Source of the DNA: Candidatus Zhuqueibacterota bacterium | Lineage (GTDB): Bacteria > Zhuqueibacterota > Zhuqueibacteria > Thermofontimicrobiales > Thermofontimicrobiaceae | Assembly: GCA_049322915.1 (NCBI GenBank) | Contig: JBMOPW010000007.1 | Span: 1 to 64,000, forward strand | Direction of reading: 5' to 3' | DNA: 64,000 bases | Part shown: positions 20,073 to 31,092 of the stretch, one piece after another | Layout of the letters: every line of letters begins with the position of its first letter | How positions within the stretch are numbered: the first letter of the stretch is position 1 | Translations under genes and position numbers: made by a program | The notes under the pieces: generated by a model | Seen by the model: the letters and a program-made list of their open reading frames with translations, nothing else | Told to the model about the DNA's origin: nothing | Database searches by the model: none

Positions 20073-20195
20073 TTTTCTAATTTGTTAACACCCAGATAAA
20101 TCTGGGTGTTAATTCAACATTCCATTGAACGATCACCCCGATTCATCGGGGTGGAATTAGAAAAAGCAAGGTGTTAAAAACCGTTTTAACGACTT
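20073..20195. repeat. REP/BIME-like hairpin cluster
   Basis: TTAACACCCAGAT-AA-ATCTGGGTGTTAA (20085-20112) and CACCCCGAT-TC-ATCGGGGTG (20134-20153), flanked by TTTTCTAATT/AATTAGAAAA. Confidence 0.7.
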
Positions 20196-20336
20196 CTCAA
20201 CTTTACGGCCTTGCTCCCTGAAGAAATGATTCCGGCAAGCTGTCGAAGGTGATTAATTCAATTTGCCGGCGTTCGAGATTCTAATAACTGATTCGAAAAT
20301 GTGTTAGTATGTTTCCTTTTATTTACATCTATATAT

Positions 20337-20671
20337 TGTGGGTGTGTGGACAACTTGTGAATAAGTTGATCAGAGATCGAATGTGAACCCACAATGAAGT
20401 GAAGTATTTAAAGGTAGCCACTGACGGCTGTTTCAACTAATAGGTTGTTACAAAAAAGACATTGCCACATTTAGTGCTATGAAATTTTTGCATTGGTTAA
20501 GCTTCGGAAAAATAAAGATATGAAACACGCTGAAATATTCCGCCTTGTGTTCTATTTTTTTCGCTGATTTAGGTAACTGTACAAAATACTACTTATTTAC
20601 TATTTTACAAAATTGAAAAAATCTGGTCCATGATGCCCTGTGGAAATTTTGTCATCAGCGAATGTGGATAA
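20337..20671. promoter_or_regulatory. Cluster of DnaA-box-like 9-mers (candidate oriC)
   Basis: TGTGGACAA (20345), TGTGAATAA (20356), TGTGGAAAT (20639) and perfect TGTGGATAA (20663) in an AT-rich ~1-kb intergenic region. Confidence 0.5.
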
Positions 20672-20920
20672 CTTTTTTGAAGCGTCAGGAGACGACGCCC
20701 ATATTTGATTTTGGCTCTAAAATCTGCCGCGTCCCAAATGCCGGACTTTAGCGCCGGGCACGTGCGGATTGTCCGCCCGGAGCCAGCGGAAAGCACCTGG
20801 GTCGTGTCGCCGGGCCTGGAAAAAATGATAAATATATATTGACTTTCAATGAAAAAATGCTTAAATATTATAACAAAAAAATGACTTAAAATCAATAATT
20901 AATTTGAATGTTAGAGTGGC

Positions 20921-22417
20921 ATGGACTGGATTTGGACAGGAATTTTGTTCTTTGGACTTCTTTGTGTCATTGGGTTTTCAGAAATCGTTCGTAAGAAATT
21001 GAATTTTACAATTAAGGCGACTCGAAAGTTTGTTCACATTCTGACGGGTATTCTCATTGCGCTGACCCCTTTTTTGCTCTCCACCTATTATCCTTTATTA
21101 TCTATTTCTGGCGCTTTTATCATCATCAATTTCATCAGTATAAAAAAGAATTGGATGCCGGGAATGCATGCAACCGAACGTCCGAGTTATGGGACTGTTT
21201 TTTATCCCGCATCCTTCTTCGTATTGACGCTGCTGTTATGGGACAATCACAAAGCCATACTGGCTATTGCCATCCTGGTGATGGCGATTGCCGATGCTGT
21301 TGCAGCGATCATCGGAGAGAATATTGCCAAGCCGATTCAGTATCGCGTCTCCGGTGAAATAAAATCGCTGCAAGGGTCGCTGGCTATGTTTGTTGCGACT
21401 TTACTTATTGTCGCCGGCGGGCTGTTTTTTTTTATTCACCTGAAGCATGAAACGCTGACACTCCTGGAAGTGGTGTGGATGTCAACCATCGTGGCTATTG
21501 TGGCCACCGCCTGCGAATCGATCTCTTACAAAGGATCGGATAATTTGACAGTCCCGCTGGGGACGGCGTTTACACTGCATTTTTTACTCACGCATAGCAT
21601 ACACCAAAATTTAATGTTCAGCTATGGACTTCTGTTTGCATTGTTCATCGCTGCGGTTTCACTTCGGATGCGCTTCCTCTCCGGAAGCGGCGCTGTCTCC
21701 ACGTTTCTGTTGGGCGTAATTATTTTCGGCACCGGGAATTGGGAATTCAGCCTGCCGATCCTCCTGTTCTTTTTTCTTTCAAGCCTGTTATCAAAAACCG
21801 GGAAAAAATGGAAACAAAAGTTCGCTGATACGTTTCAGAAGGGAGGCCAACGCGATATCGGCCAGGTACTGGCCAATGGCGGCATCGCCGGTCTGATCGT
21901 GCTGATCTGGAATTACTTTCCGGGAGATGTATGGTATTTCGCGTTCATTGGTGCGGTTGCAGCGGTGACAGCGGACACCTGGGCGACCGAGATTGGCGTT
22001 TTCTCGAAGAAGTCGCCGCGGGCTATTTTGAACCTGAAACCGGTTGCGCCGGGCACCTCGGGCGGAATTTCGATCCTGGGAATTGCCGGTGCGTTGATGG
22101 GCAGTTTCGTCATTGTCTTCATCGGACGCCTTGTCACGACGCGGTATCATGGCATGGAACAGGGGGAGCTGTTATTCATCGCCCTGATTTTTTCCGGGTT
22201 GGCTGGCAGCATTGTGGATAGCTTCCTCGGGGCGACTGTGCAGGCCCAGTATCAGTGTCCGGCCTGCGGCAAGCAGACAGAAAAAAAGATACATTGCGGC
22301 AGTCATGCAACGAAATTGATCTCCGGTTTTCAGCGTTTCGATAACGACGTGGTGAACGCTGTGTGCGCCTTCGCCGGCGCGATAATTGCGGGATTATCCT
22401 ATTTTGCTTTTAATTAA
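20921..22417 (+). CDS. Fusion of phytol/dolichol-kinase-like domain and DUF92 (TMEM19/VTE6-like) domain
   Basis: N-half RKFVH, ADAVAAIIG, KSLQGS, SDNLTVP. C-half QVLANGG, ADTWATEIG, PGTSGGIS, DSFLGATVQ, CPACG, NDVVN. Confidence 0.87.
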   Translation: MDWIWTGILFFGLLCVIGFSEIVRKKLNFTIKATRKFVHILTGILIALTPFLLSTYYPLLSISGAFIIINFISIKKNWMPGMHATERPSYGTVFYPASFFVLTLLLWDNHKAILAIAILVMAIADAVAAIIGENIAKPIQYRVSGEIKSLQGSLAMFVATLLIVAGGLFFFIHLKHETLTLLEVVWMSTIVAIVATACESISYKGSDNLTVPLGTAFTLHFLLTHSIHQNLMFSYGLLFALFIAAVSLRMRFLSGSGAVSTFLLGVIIFGTGNWEFSLPILLFFFLSSLLSKTGKKWKQKFADTFQKGGQRDIGQVLANGGIAGLIVLIWNYFPGDVWYFAFIGAVAAVTADTWATEIGVFSKKSPRAILNLKPVAPGTSGGISILGIAGALMGSFVIVFIGRLVTTRYHGMEQGELLFIALIFSGLAGSIVDSFLGATVQAQYQCPACGKQTEKKIHCGSHATKLISGFQRFDNDVVNAVCAFAGAIIAGLSYFAFN

Positions 22418-22434
22418 AGAGTCCTCTCTAAAAA

Positions 22435-22593
22435 GGGGCTGAAGCCGCAAAATCAAAGGTGTATTTCTGTTCCCCGACTTAAAAGTCGGGGCTGTTCCAG
22501 TTATCTAACTTTTAACTTTTTCAATGAATTGTCACGTCATTTATAACGTGGAAAAGATATTATAACCAAGGTATCAAAGCCTTTTAAGGCTTT
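22435..22593. repeat. REP-like element
   Basis: GGGGCTGAAGCC...CCCCGACTTAAAAGTCGGGGCTGTTC, plus AAAGCCTTTTAAGGCTTT. Same layout as 55795-55857. Confidence 0.65.
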
Positions 22594-22645
22594 TAAAAGT
22601 CGGCCCATTAAAAAAAAAAGAAATCTCACAATTGGCTCATTAACT

Positions 22646-24865
22646 ATGAATGAACAAACAATCGTTACAGCAATTGAAAATCTCTTGTCGCGTTCCCTTT
22701 CTGATAAAAAAATCGCTCAGCTCATTTCTCAATTGAAGCGCAATGCTACATTGGCTTCAAATGTAATTTTCAAAATGATCAAAAGAGCGGACATCCAGCG
22801 GCAAAAAAAACTCATCGAAATTCTGGGTGAAATAGGAGATAAGGCGGTGGTTGATCGACTGCTCAAGCTGATTGAAGATCCATCCGCGGATGATGAAGTT
22901 AAATATATAGCGTCGATCGTGGCGCAGCAGCTTGATGCGTCGGTGGACTCTGCGGTGCTATTGAATAATCTGCACGATCCGGTTGGTTTGGGCAAAATAG
23001 TGGTAGAAAATCTGCTTTCAAATTCTGAGGCCCCGAATTTCGTCGCCAGTTTTTTAGACGATTTTCGGGCGCAGGCGAGAGATATTCAGGAATTGACACT
23101 GATTTCAATGAGAGAAATTACGAACGATCCCCGGCTGCTCAACCTCATGGACCCGCTGAGCGAAATTATGGATGATGAATTGAAATTATACATCATTCCG
23201 CTGATTGCGCAAAGCAACCACCCGCGCGCCTTCTCTGTGCTGCAGCGAATTATTCGGCGTAGTCAGGCCAAACAGGTGCAAGCCGCTGCCCAGCAGGCCA
23301 TCTTCCAGTTGGGAAAAAACATTTCCGATCATCCGGCGATTGAACGGCCGGAATCCATATTTTTCGAGGCTCACATGTCGAGTGTGGATGGCGATAATTC
23401 GTCGCTCCTGCTTTTTGCAATTAAAAATGCCGATGGTCAGGTTATCTGTCTCGATGTCCTTTCGAACATCAAATTGGGAATTAAAGATTCAATCGGTATT
23501 ATGGAGTCTGAGGCCGGCTATTATAAATTTTTGGAGAACTTTAAATCCGAACCGGGATTTTTATTAGTGAAGATTCCGGCAGCCATTGCTGTCGAGAAAA
23601 TCAGAGCAGCCGAGGAATTGTCATACTCCTTGAATCAGCCGGTGACGACCGATTACCTGGCGTTTCGAAAAATTTTAGATGAAGTAACATATTCCCAGGA
23701 GGAGGGTGAGAAGGTCAAGGCCCAGTATGAGCGATTTTATAGTGAAACCTTAAAGGAAAAAAAAGCCTTAATGCCATTTACAAACGAATTGTATTCTTTT
23801 CAGGAAATAAGTTTAAGTTGGTTCATCGAACGGGAAATCATTGAATCCTGTCTGAGCGATTTTTTTTCGTTGTATTTCCTTGAAGATATAAGGAACCAGG
23901 GGAAAAATGCGGAGAAGTTTCATTCGTTTTTGGTCAAAGTTGCTGATGATGTTTTTACTCAAGAATACAGGGTCGTTCTGAAACGGCGATTGCAGGAATT
24001 TGCATTCATCAGTTTTATTGCCAAAAATCAGAAATCGGCGCGATACGCCATTGCCGCAGCCGAAACGCTCTTGCAGTACCAACCCCATGAACATCCGTTT
24101 GTATTGAACATGACTCTCAATACGTTTCTCAAGATATTGGATGATGGTATGATCAGCGATGAGTACGAGGATGATGATGATTTCGAAGACGATAAATTCG
24201 AAACATATAATCCTTATGGAGAGCATCCAAGGGAATCGCGTAGTTTATCCCCCCATATGCCGGAAGCCACAGCGCTTCCCTGTTTTGAAAAGCTGCTGTT
24301 CCTGGCTGAAAATCTGCCCAATTCAGAATTTGCCCGCCATTTTGATCCGCGCATCAAATCCGCTGATCGGGAAAGGAAGATAAAACATGTGAACTATCTG
24401 CAAACAGCGTTCAACGAGTTTGTGAGGTTCCATGTCGGTTATTTCGATTGGGACGCGCTGCGAAAAGACCTGGAAATTTCCCGCAGACATAAGTACACAG
24501 ATGAGAATCTGAAACTCATCGAAGACACTCTTGTTGTCGAAATGAAAAAAAATAAATATCATAAATACTACGTGGACAATGCCCGGCGGATCTGGTCTGA
24601 GGCTGTCCTGTTGAGCGGGGGAGATCTACCGCTGGCAAACCGTCATGATTCGTGGATGGCGGCAGTCGAATATTTAGCGTGTTGCCTGAACTCCAACCAT
24701 TATACGAAAACTGAAATCGCCAGCTATTATCAGGTGAGCGTCCCGACAATGAATAAGCGAATCGATATTCTTAAAAAAATCCTGGATATCCACGTGTACA
24801 CCACCCAGGGAGAAGAGTTTGCATTTTTACAAAATAAAAATAATTATATTAGAGGTAATAGTTAG
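22646..24865 (+). CDS. Hypothetical protein with HEAT-like N-terminal repeats and a C-terminal HTH-like segment
   Basis: LGEIGDKAVVDRL HEAT-like motif, acidic tract and C-terminal WMAAVEY...TKTEIASYYQVSVPT. Confidence 0.7.
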   Translation: MNEQTIVTAIENLLSRSLSDKKIAQLISQLKRNATLASNVIFKMIKRADIQRQKKLIEILGEIGDKAVVDRLLKLIEDPSADDEVKYIASIVAQQLDASVDSAVLLNNLHDPVGLGKIVVENLLSNSEAPNFVASFLDDFRAQARDIQELTLISMREITNDPRLLNLMDPLSEIMDDELKLYIIPLIAQSNHPRAFSVLQRIIRRSQAKQVQAAAQQAIFQLGKNISDHPAIERPESIFFEAHMSSVDGDNSSLLLFAIKNADGQVICLDVLSNIKLGIKDSIGIMESEAGYYKFLENFKSEPGFLLVKIPAAIAVEKIRAAEELSYSLNQPVTTDYLAFRKILDEVTYSQEEGEKVKAQYERFYSETLKEKKALMPFTNELYSFQEISLSWFIEREIIESCLSDFFSLYFLEDIRNQGKNAEKFHSFLVKVADDVFTQEYRVVLKRRLQEFAFISFIAKNQKSARYAIAAAETLLQYQPHEHPFVLNMTLNTFLKILDDGMISDEYEDDDDFEDDKFETYNPYGEHPRESRSLSPHMPEATALPCFEKLLFLAENLPNSEFARHFDPRIKSADRERKIKHVNYLQTAFNEFVRFHVGYFDWDALRKDLEISRRHKYTDENLKLIEDTLVVEMKKNKYHKYYVDNARRIWSEAVLLSGGDLPLANRHDSWMAAVEYLACCLNSNHYTKTEIASYYQVSVPTMNKRIDILKKILDIHVYTTQGEEFAFLQNKNNYIRGNS

Positions 24866-26179
<1,314 letters not shown>

Positions 26180-26190
26180 GGGAATCGGTC

Positions 26191-26226
26191 TGAAGGGCGA
26201 ACGCCTGTCGCAGGGCTCGCCCTTCA
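26191..26226. repeat. REP-like hairpin after eno
   Basis: TGAAGGGCGA...TCGCCCTTCA stem. Confidence 0.55.
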
Positions 26227-26327
26227 TGACATTGCCGATAGATGCCGCGATTCAGAATTTTCAATTAACGGGCAGATTGTTCTGCGGCTGCACGCATACA
26301 GCCCATTTCAATCATTGATACGGTGAC

Positions 26328-26666
26328 ATGAAATCCAAAAGACGAACGAAAAACGCTGTGAGTCGCAGCAAGAAATTTCAATGGCGACCGGGATATTATC
26401 TGATCCTGGTGGGCATGGTATTTTTATTGTATGTTTTTATGTTCAGTAAACATGGATTCATTCGTTTTTATCGACTTCATCTTCGAAAAAAGCAGTTGGT
26501 CAAAACAATCGATGAATTGAAAAAGGAACAGGAATCGCTCAATAAAGAAATAGACATGCTGACGTCGAATTTGAGCTATATCGAGAAGGTCGCCCGGGAG
26601 CAATATCAGATGGGAAAGAAGAATGAAAAAATTTTCCTGATGGTCCCGTCCAAACCCCGGCGATAG
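26328..26666 (+). CDS. ftsB: Septum formation initiator (FtsB/DivIC)
   Basis: TM, coiled coil and YIEKVARE..MGK.NE. Follows eno, a common synteny. Confidence 0.85.
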   Translation: MKSKRRTKNAVSRSKKFQWRPGYYLILVGMVFLLYVFMFSKHGFIRFYRLHLRKKQLVKTIDELKKEQESLNKEIDMLTSNLSYIEKVAREQYQMGKKNEKIFLMVPSKPRR

Positions 26667-26816
26667 CAGGTAATCTGCGTTGATCTGTTGATTCCGAAAA
26701 TCAAAGAGCGGGGAATCCACTGGCGAACACAATCGGCGGGTTGATTTCGCTCCCCGGCTGAGCGCGCCGGTGAAGCGCATCAGATAATACCAACATCATA
26801 GCGAAAATGAATCCTG

Positions 26817-28727
26817 ATGAGAGTCGCGACGCGCAAAATATTTCGGTTATTTCTGAACCGGCTGAAGGTGGTGCAGATCGTTTTCGCGTTCAGCCTGGCG
26901 GTGGCAGCGTCATCCGGCTTCGCCGCGGAAAACGAGGCGGCGCCATTTGGCTACACCATCGGTTTTCAGCAGAATCTGAACTCGTATCGCTGGCTGTCCA
27001 ATATGCACTATACGCGGTCATTGTACGGCAAGGGATTTTTTTCGGCGACTGAAAATTTCAACTCCACGTTGCTGCGGCTGAATCAGGATAACCATAAATG
27101 GAAAGACGACCATCAATTCAATCTGAAATTATTCTGGCCGTTCAACCCCCTTTTGGGGATCAAAAGCTCGGCGTCTGTATATAATTTTTCAGACCGCCTT
27201 TCCGGATACGTGAGCGATATTAATACCAACTGGTGGGATCTGGGGCTGGTTCTTCGACCGCTGCCGTCGGTTCAATTGAACGCCAGCGCCGGCTATAAAT
27301 ATGATAGCCGCTTCTCAAAAATCGATCGGGGATCAACCTATCATCTCGATCTGAAGACTGAGCCCATTGTTGTCAAAGACTATGCGAATCAATTTTCCTT
27401 TTTATCCCGGGGCGACCAGTTCACAATTCGTCGTAACAATGATTTGAATCTGAACTACCGGGTGAAAAAATATTTTCTGGAAAATACCTATGATTCGCTC
27501 TCTGTTTTCTGGACCAAAACGCGGCGCGATAATTACGACCAATTGACTCAGGCTCAACTGTTGATTGAGAGTCTGGAAGAGAATATGCGCGGCGTGGAGC
27601 ATGAACTTGGTTACGGCCTTTCGAAAAGTATCCGACTGAAATTCAGAACGGTGCTCAGCAATCGGCAGACCAGAGTTGGGAAATATCACGAAGAGCGCCA
27701 GTTGGACAGTCGATCGAAGAAAGAGGTGCATTCGGAAAATGAAATTGGGACATTTATCCAGCAGCCAAAGTTGGCCGCGAAACTGGCGCTGGGCTATGTC
27801 ACGGATAATCAGAAAAATGATGTGCCGGATTCTCTGAAGTCATCAAAATTTTCCAAGTATTTTTATTACATCTCTCCGGATTTTAACAGCTCGCGGCTGA
27901 CGCTTTCAGGCGCCATGCGGTACAGTCTTACCCGGAGCGATACCCTCAATGTCAATGGCTCGACGAGCATTTACCGCTACGATACGCCGGACAACAATAT
28001 GGATGACCGCGATGAATTTCGGATGAATTTCAAGGTATCGGAGACCCACTATTTCAATGAAAACCTGAAACTAATTTTTAATAGCAGTGTAAACTTATAT
28101 CACCTCGTCTATATTTACAGTGAGCGAAGCGCCAATAATAACTGGATGCGCATTTTTCGGATCGATCCACAGGTGGTGTATCGACCCACTTCCAGAATTA
28201 CCCTCTTCAACCATGCTGAGGTTTTGGCCAATTACGTCGATTATGATTATGAAGATGGTTCTTCGGCAACGGATATAAAAAGTTACGTCTTCCGGCGATT
28301 CTCCATTGATCATCAGTCGACCTATCAGCTCACGCAACGGACCCGACTATTTTTCAGTTATAATCTGGAGATTGAGGAGAATGGAAAATTAAATTGGGAT
28401 CACTGGACAGAGATATTGCTCAACAATCGCGAGAGCCATTGGATTCGCGGTAATGTGAGTTTCAATGTCAAAGGGAAATTCATGATTGCGCCGGGAGTCA
28501 TTTATTTCAAAAGAAATGAAAAGCAGGCGGATACGCTGCCGGTCAGTTATCTTGGTTCGCTGCAGGGTGGGGACATTGAAAGTGTTGGGCCGACATTAAA
28601 ACTGAGCTACCAGTCCGGGGATCGATTGAACTTCAGTTTCGAAGGAATGAGACGTTCGGAGTCCGGTTCATTTGAAGAACGGCGATACATCAACCATTTT
28701 GATGTTAGCTTAACCTGGTATAATTAG
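26817..28727 (+). CDS. Hypothetical outer-membrane beta-barrel protein
   Basis: Signal peptide, alternating amphipathic strands and C-terminal FDVSLTWYN. Confidence 0.65.
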   Translation: MRVATRKIFRLFLNRLKVVQIVFAFSLAVAASSGFAAENEAAPFGYTIGFQQNLNSYRWLSNMHYTRSLYGKGFFSATENFNSTLLRLNQDNHKWKDDHQFNLKLFWPFNPLLGIKSSASVYNFSDRLSGYVSDINTNWWDLGLVLRPLPSVQLNASAGYKYDSRFSKIDRGSTYHLDLKTEPIVVKDYANQFSFLSRGDQFTIRRNNDLNLNYRVKKYFLENTYDSLSVFWTKTRRDNYDQLTQAQLLIESLEENMRGVEHELGYGLSKSIRLKFRTVLSNRQTRVGKYHEERQLDSRSKKEVHSENEIGTFIQQPKLAAKLALGYVTDNQKNDVPDSLKSSKFSKYFYYISPDFNSSRLTLSGAMRYSLTRSDTLNVNGSTSIYRYDTPDNNMDDRDEFRMNFKVSETHYFNENLKLIFNSSVNLYHLVYIYSERSANNNWMRIFRIDPQVVYRPTSRITLFNHAEVLANYVDYDYEDGSSATDIKSYVFRRFSIDHQSTYQLTQRTRLFFSYNLEIEENGKLNWDHWTEILLNNRESHWIRGNVSFNVKGKFMIAPGVIYFKRNEKQADTLPVSYLGSLQGGDIESVGPTLKLSYQSGDRLNFSFEGMRRSESGSFEERRYINHFDVSLTWYN

Positions 28728-28745
28728 CTACTGAAGGAGACGCGT

Positions 28746-29180
28746 TTGTCCATTGAAAATCAAACGACTTATCGCATGATTATCTCCAGCGATCAGGCCA
28801 ACATTCAACAGGTCGAAAAAATCACGGAACGCATTGCGGAGCATATGCATTTCTCGGATGAAGAGAAAGATAGTCTTGCCATCTCAGTCACCGAAATAGT
28901 CGGCAATGCCATTGTTCATGGCAACAAGCGAAATGTCCATAAAAATGTGACGATTGATTTTGAATACAAATCTGGCCGCATCACCGTGAACATTCAGGAT
29001 GAAGGGAAAGGTTTCGATGCGAATGAAATCGCCAATCCGCTCGAGCCGGAAAACCTGTTGAAAGAAAGCGGCCGCGGCATTTTCATCGTACGCGCGCTCA
29101 TGGATAGTGTTGAAATAAAAAACAATGATATTGGAACGCTCGTTCGACTTGTGAAAACGCGCAGACCGATTCAACGATAA
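28746..29180 (+). CDS. Anti-sigma factor / Ser-Thr kinase, RsbW family
   Basis: EIVGNAIVHGN, DEGKGFD and ESGRGIFI motifs. AAGGAG RBS before a TTG start. Confidence 0.9.
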   Translation: MSIENQTTYRMIISSDQANIQQVEKITERIAEHMHFSDEEKDSLAISVTEIVGNAIVHGNKRNVHKNVTIDFEYKSGRITVNIQDEGKGFDANEIANPLEPENLLKESGRGIFIVRALMDSVEIKNNDIGTLVRLVKTRRPIQR

Positions 29181-29286
29181 TGGTCTTGGCCCTCATTCCA
29201 AAGCCCAATGCCTTCACGCCGGTCTTTTCTGCTACGAGCATTCACCATGGCCGGTATTGAGTGTTCGCAGCAGTTGGACTGAGATG

Positions 29287-29559
29287 TTACGCCTGCTCTT
29301 CAATTTTATTTTTAATCTCAACTGAAGCGACGGGGACAACCAACTCCCGCCGAAGATCCGCCAAATCCTCAATCGCCTTCTTCTTCTTTTGAATTCGATC
29401 CAGCAGAATATTTTCATCGCGACTAATGACCATGAGCGTCATGGTATCGGCAATTTTATTTGCCTGAAGCGAAATGGCTTTGTTGAGAGAGACAATTCGC
29501 TTTTTCAGCTTGTCAATTTTTTTCTCGATGACGATTTTTTCATCTTCGTTTGTGAACAT
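29287..29559 (-). CDS. Small hypothetical coiled-coil protein
   Basis: 90-aa ORF with a strong GGAGG RBS. Rich in K/E/I. Confidence 0.6.
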   Translation of the reverse strand: MFTNEDEKIVIEKKIDKLKKRIVSLNKAISLQANKIADTMTLMVISRDENILLDRIQKKKKAIEDLADLRRELVVPVASVEIKNKIEEQA

Positions 29560-29823
29560 AATGTTCCCTCCATAAAATTAGACTAGCGGTTCTATCATTG
29601 CCTTTGGGCAATTGACATGCACCATACATATCCGACGATTCGCGTGAAAGACGACGGAGTAATTCCGGTTGGAGGGATGTTGCAGGTAGTTTGAGAATTG
29701 CACATATAAAGTGCATCCGCGCTCATCCATCCAACTAAACACACGCATGAAACCAATGTAACTTACATCATAGCTGCGCGACGATCGTCCCTGAAGTACG
29801 TTCTTCAGTTCGAACCCATCGCG

Positions 29824-29885
29824 ACTGACCCGAAATGCTTAAATTGATGTTCCGCCAAAAAAGTGTTGATTACATTCTCAAATAT
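29824..29885 (+). repeat. ~60-bp direct repeat, copy 1
   Basis: ACTGACCCGAAATGCTTAAATTGATGTTCCGCCAAAAAAGTGTTGATTACATTCTCAAA, near-identical to the copy at 30772. Confidence 0.9.
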
Positions 29886-29929
29886 AATTTTGTCACTACT
29901 TTTTCAATCATAAATAATTTCAGTTACTT

Positions 29930-30055
29930 GTCCAACGACTGAACTATGCAGTGGTCAAGCAAACGCTGTTCGTTAATAGACGAACAAAAACAAAAGGCAC
30001 CGCTGGCCGAAAATCGCGCTTGGGGTTGCGCGTCCGCACGAGCCCATTGTTAAAC
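29930..30055 (-). mobile_element. Degenerate integron attC-like site
   Basis: Minus strand GTTTAAC (RYYYAAC) to GTTGGAC (GTTRRRY), 126 bp, with imperfect L-box pairing and internal hairpins. Lies just after the stop at 30100. Confidence 0.55.
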
Positions 30056-30099
30056 CATTGCACATGTCTAAAAATGCATGTCACAACTATACTCTTCAT

Positions 30100-30546
30100 T
30101 TATGAATTTTCAAGACGGTCTGCGTCAAGTCTATCTTTTTCTCTACCTGTAGCTTTTTTATTAATTATTAACTTATGTTTCGATATTATCGGTATATTAA
30201 GTCCCTCGATGTTAACGATATCTTTATCTTCGTATGCGTCATCGAATAATACTCCATCTATATCATTTATTATATCAATTCGACGAGGTATAACACCAAT
30301 TTGAAAAATTGTACCTCGTCTTGCAAAATCTTCAATTCCTATTTTTTCCATCGGGGCACCAAAATTTGCTAAAGATTGAAATACTCTTTTCGCATTCTCT
30401 TCGCTTGGCCGTATAAATATATCTAAATCGCCTGTAGCCCGAGGGAATCCGTGTGCAGCCATTGCATAGGCACCCACTAATAAAAACTCAACTTCGTTCT
30501 CTAATAACATTGACAACATTTCTTTGTAATCTTGATTTAACATCAT
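30100..30546 (-). CDS. Minimal nucleotidyltransferase (DUF6036-like), putative toxin-antitoxin component
   Basis: LLVGAYAMAAHG.PRATGDLDI, RIDI and NK..TGREKD..D motifs. AT-rich. Confidence 0.82.
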   Translation of the reverse strand: MMLNQDYKEMLSMLLENEVEFLLVGAYAMAAHGFPRATGDLDIFIRPSEENAKRVFQSLANFGAPMEKIGIEDFARRGTIFQIGVIPRRIDIINDIDGVLFDDAYEDKDIVNIEGLNIPIISKHKLIINKKATGREKDRLDADRLENS

Positions 30547-30685
30547 ATTCTCCAGTCAACGCATATATTTCTTGTGTGATGTCCCAAACAAATGAGAGAC
30601 ATTCCTTAGAAGGTAAATCTACATATTCATCATCATGATGAATTTTAGATTTATAAACAGTAATGTGTTTCCTATTCATTCTCAT
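30488..30685 (-). CDS. Small partner protein of the nucleotidyltransferase (putative TA pair)
   Basis: About 65 aa ending RLQRNVVNVIR, overlapping the NTase start. Confidence 0.6.
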   Translation of the reverse strand: MRMNRKHITVYKSKIHHDDEYVDLPSKECLSFVWDITQEIYALTGEYDVKSRLQRNVVNVIRERS

Positions 30686-30771
30686 AAAAATTTTCTTTCC
30701 ACCGAAATGATCATCTGTTTGCGGGATAAGAAGAACCAACGTTAATAATACATGGAACTTAATTCATCGTA

Positions 30772-30834
30772 ACTGACCCGAAACGCTAAAATTGATGTTC
30801 CGCCAAAAAAGTGTTGATTTATTTCTCAAAAATA
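30772..30834 (+). repeat. ~60-bp direct repeat, copy 2
   Basis: ACTGACCCGAAACGCTAAAATTGATGTTCCGCCAAAAAAGTGTTGATTTATTTCTCAAA. Confidence 0.9.
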
Positions 30835-31092
30835 GTGTAGCTTATTTTTACGAACTTCTTCGCTCCGAACGATGTACTAAAAACAAACGATGCTCTTGCT
30901 GTGACATAAAAAGCGCTCTGTTTTCTACTACTGTGCAGCCTATCGTAAAAAAAACCGTCGCAACTCCTTTGGAGAGGCGATAAGAAAAGTCCAATATATC
31001 AGGTATCACAATGCCAAAACCGAAGTAGTAGGGAGCTGGAGAGAAACCTGTTCTTACCTGATTAAGCCATTTCCGCTACTTTTAATATGCAG

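Noticed and set aside
29169..29279. Complete second attC site
   Set aside because: R''- and R'-like heptamers exist, but the L boxes do not pair and the site would overlap the rsbW 3' end. Kept only as weak support.
29780..29830. GTTCGAAC resembling a tRNA T-loop or attachment site
   Set aside because: No cloverleaf, acceptor stem or D-arm can be built on either strand.
29824..30834. CRISPR array from the direct repeats
   Set aside because: Only two copies about 950 bp apart with genes in between, and no cas genes.
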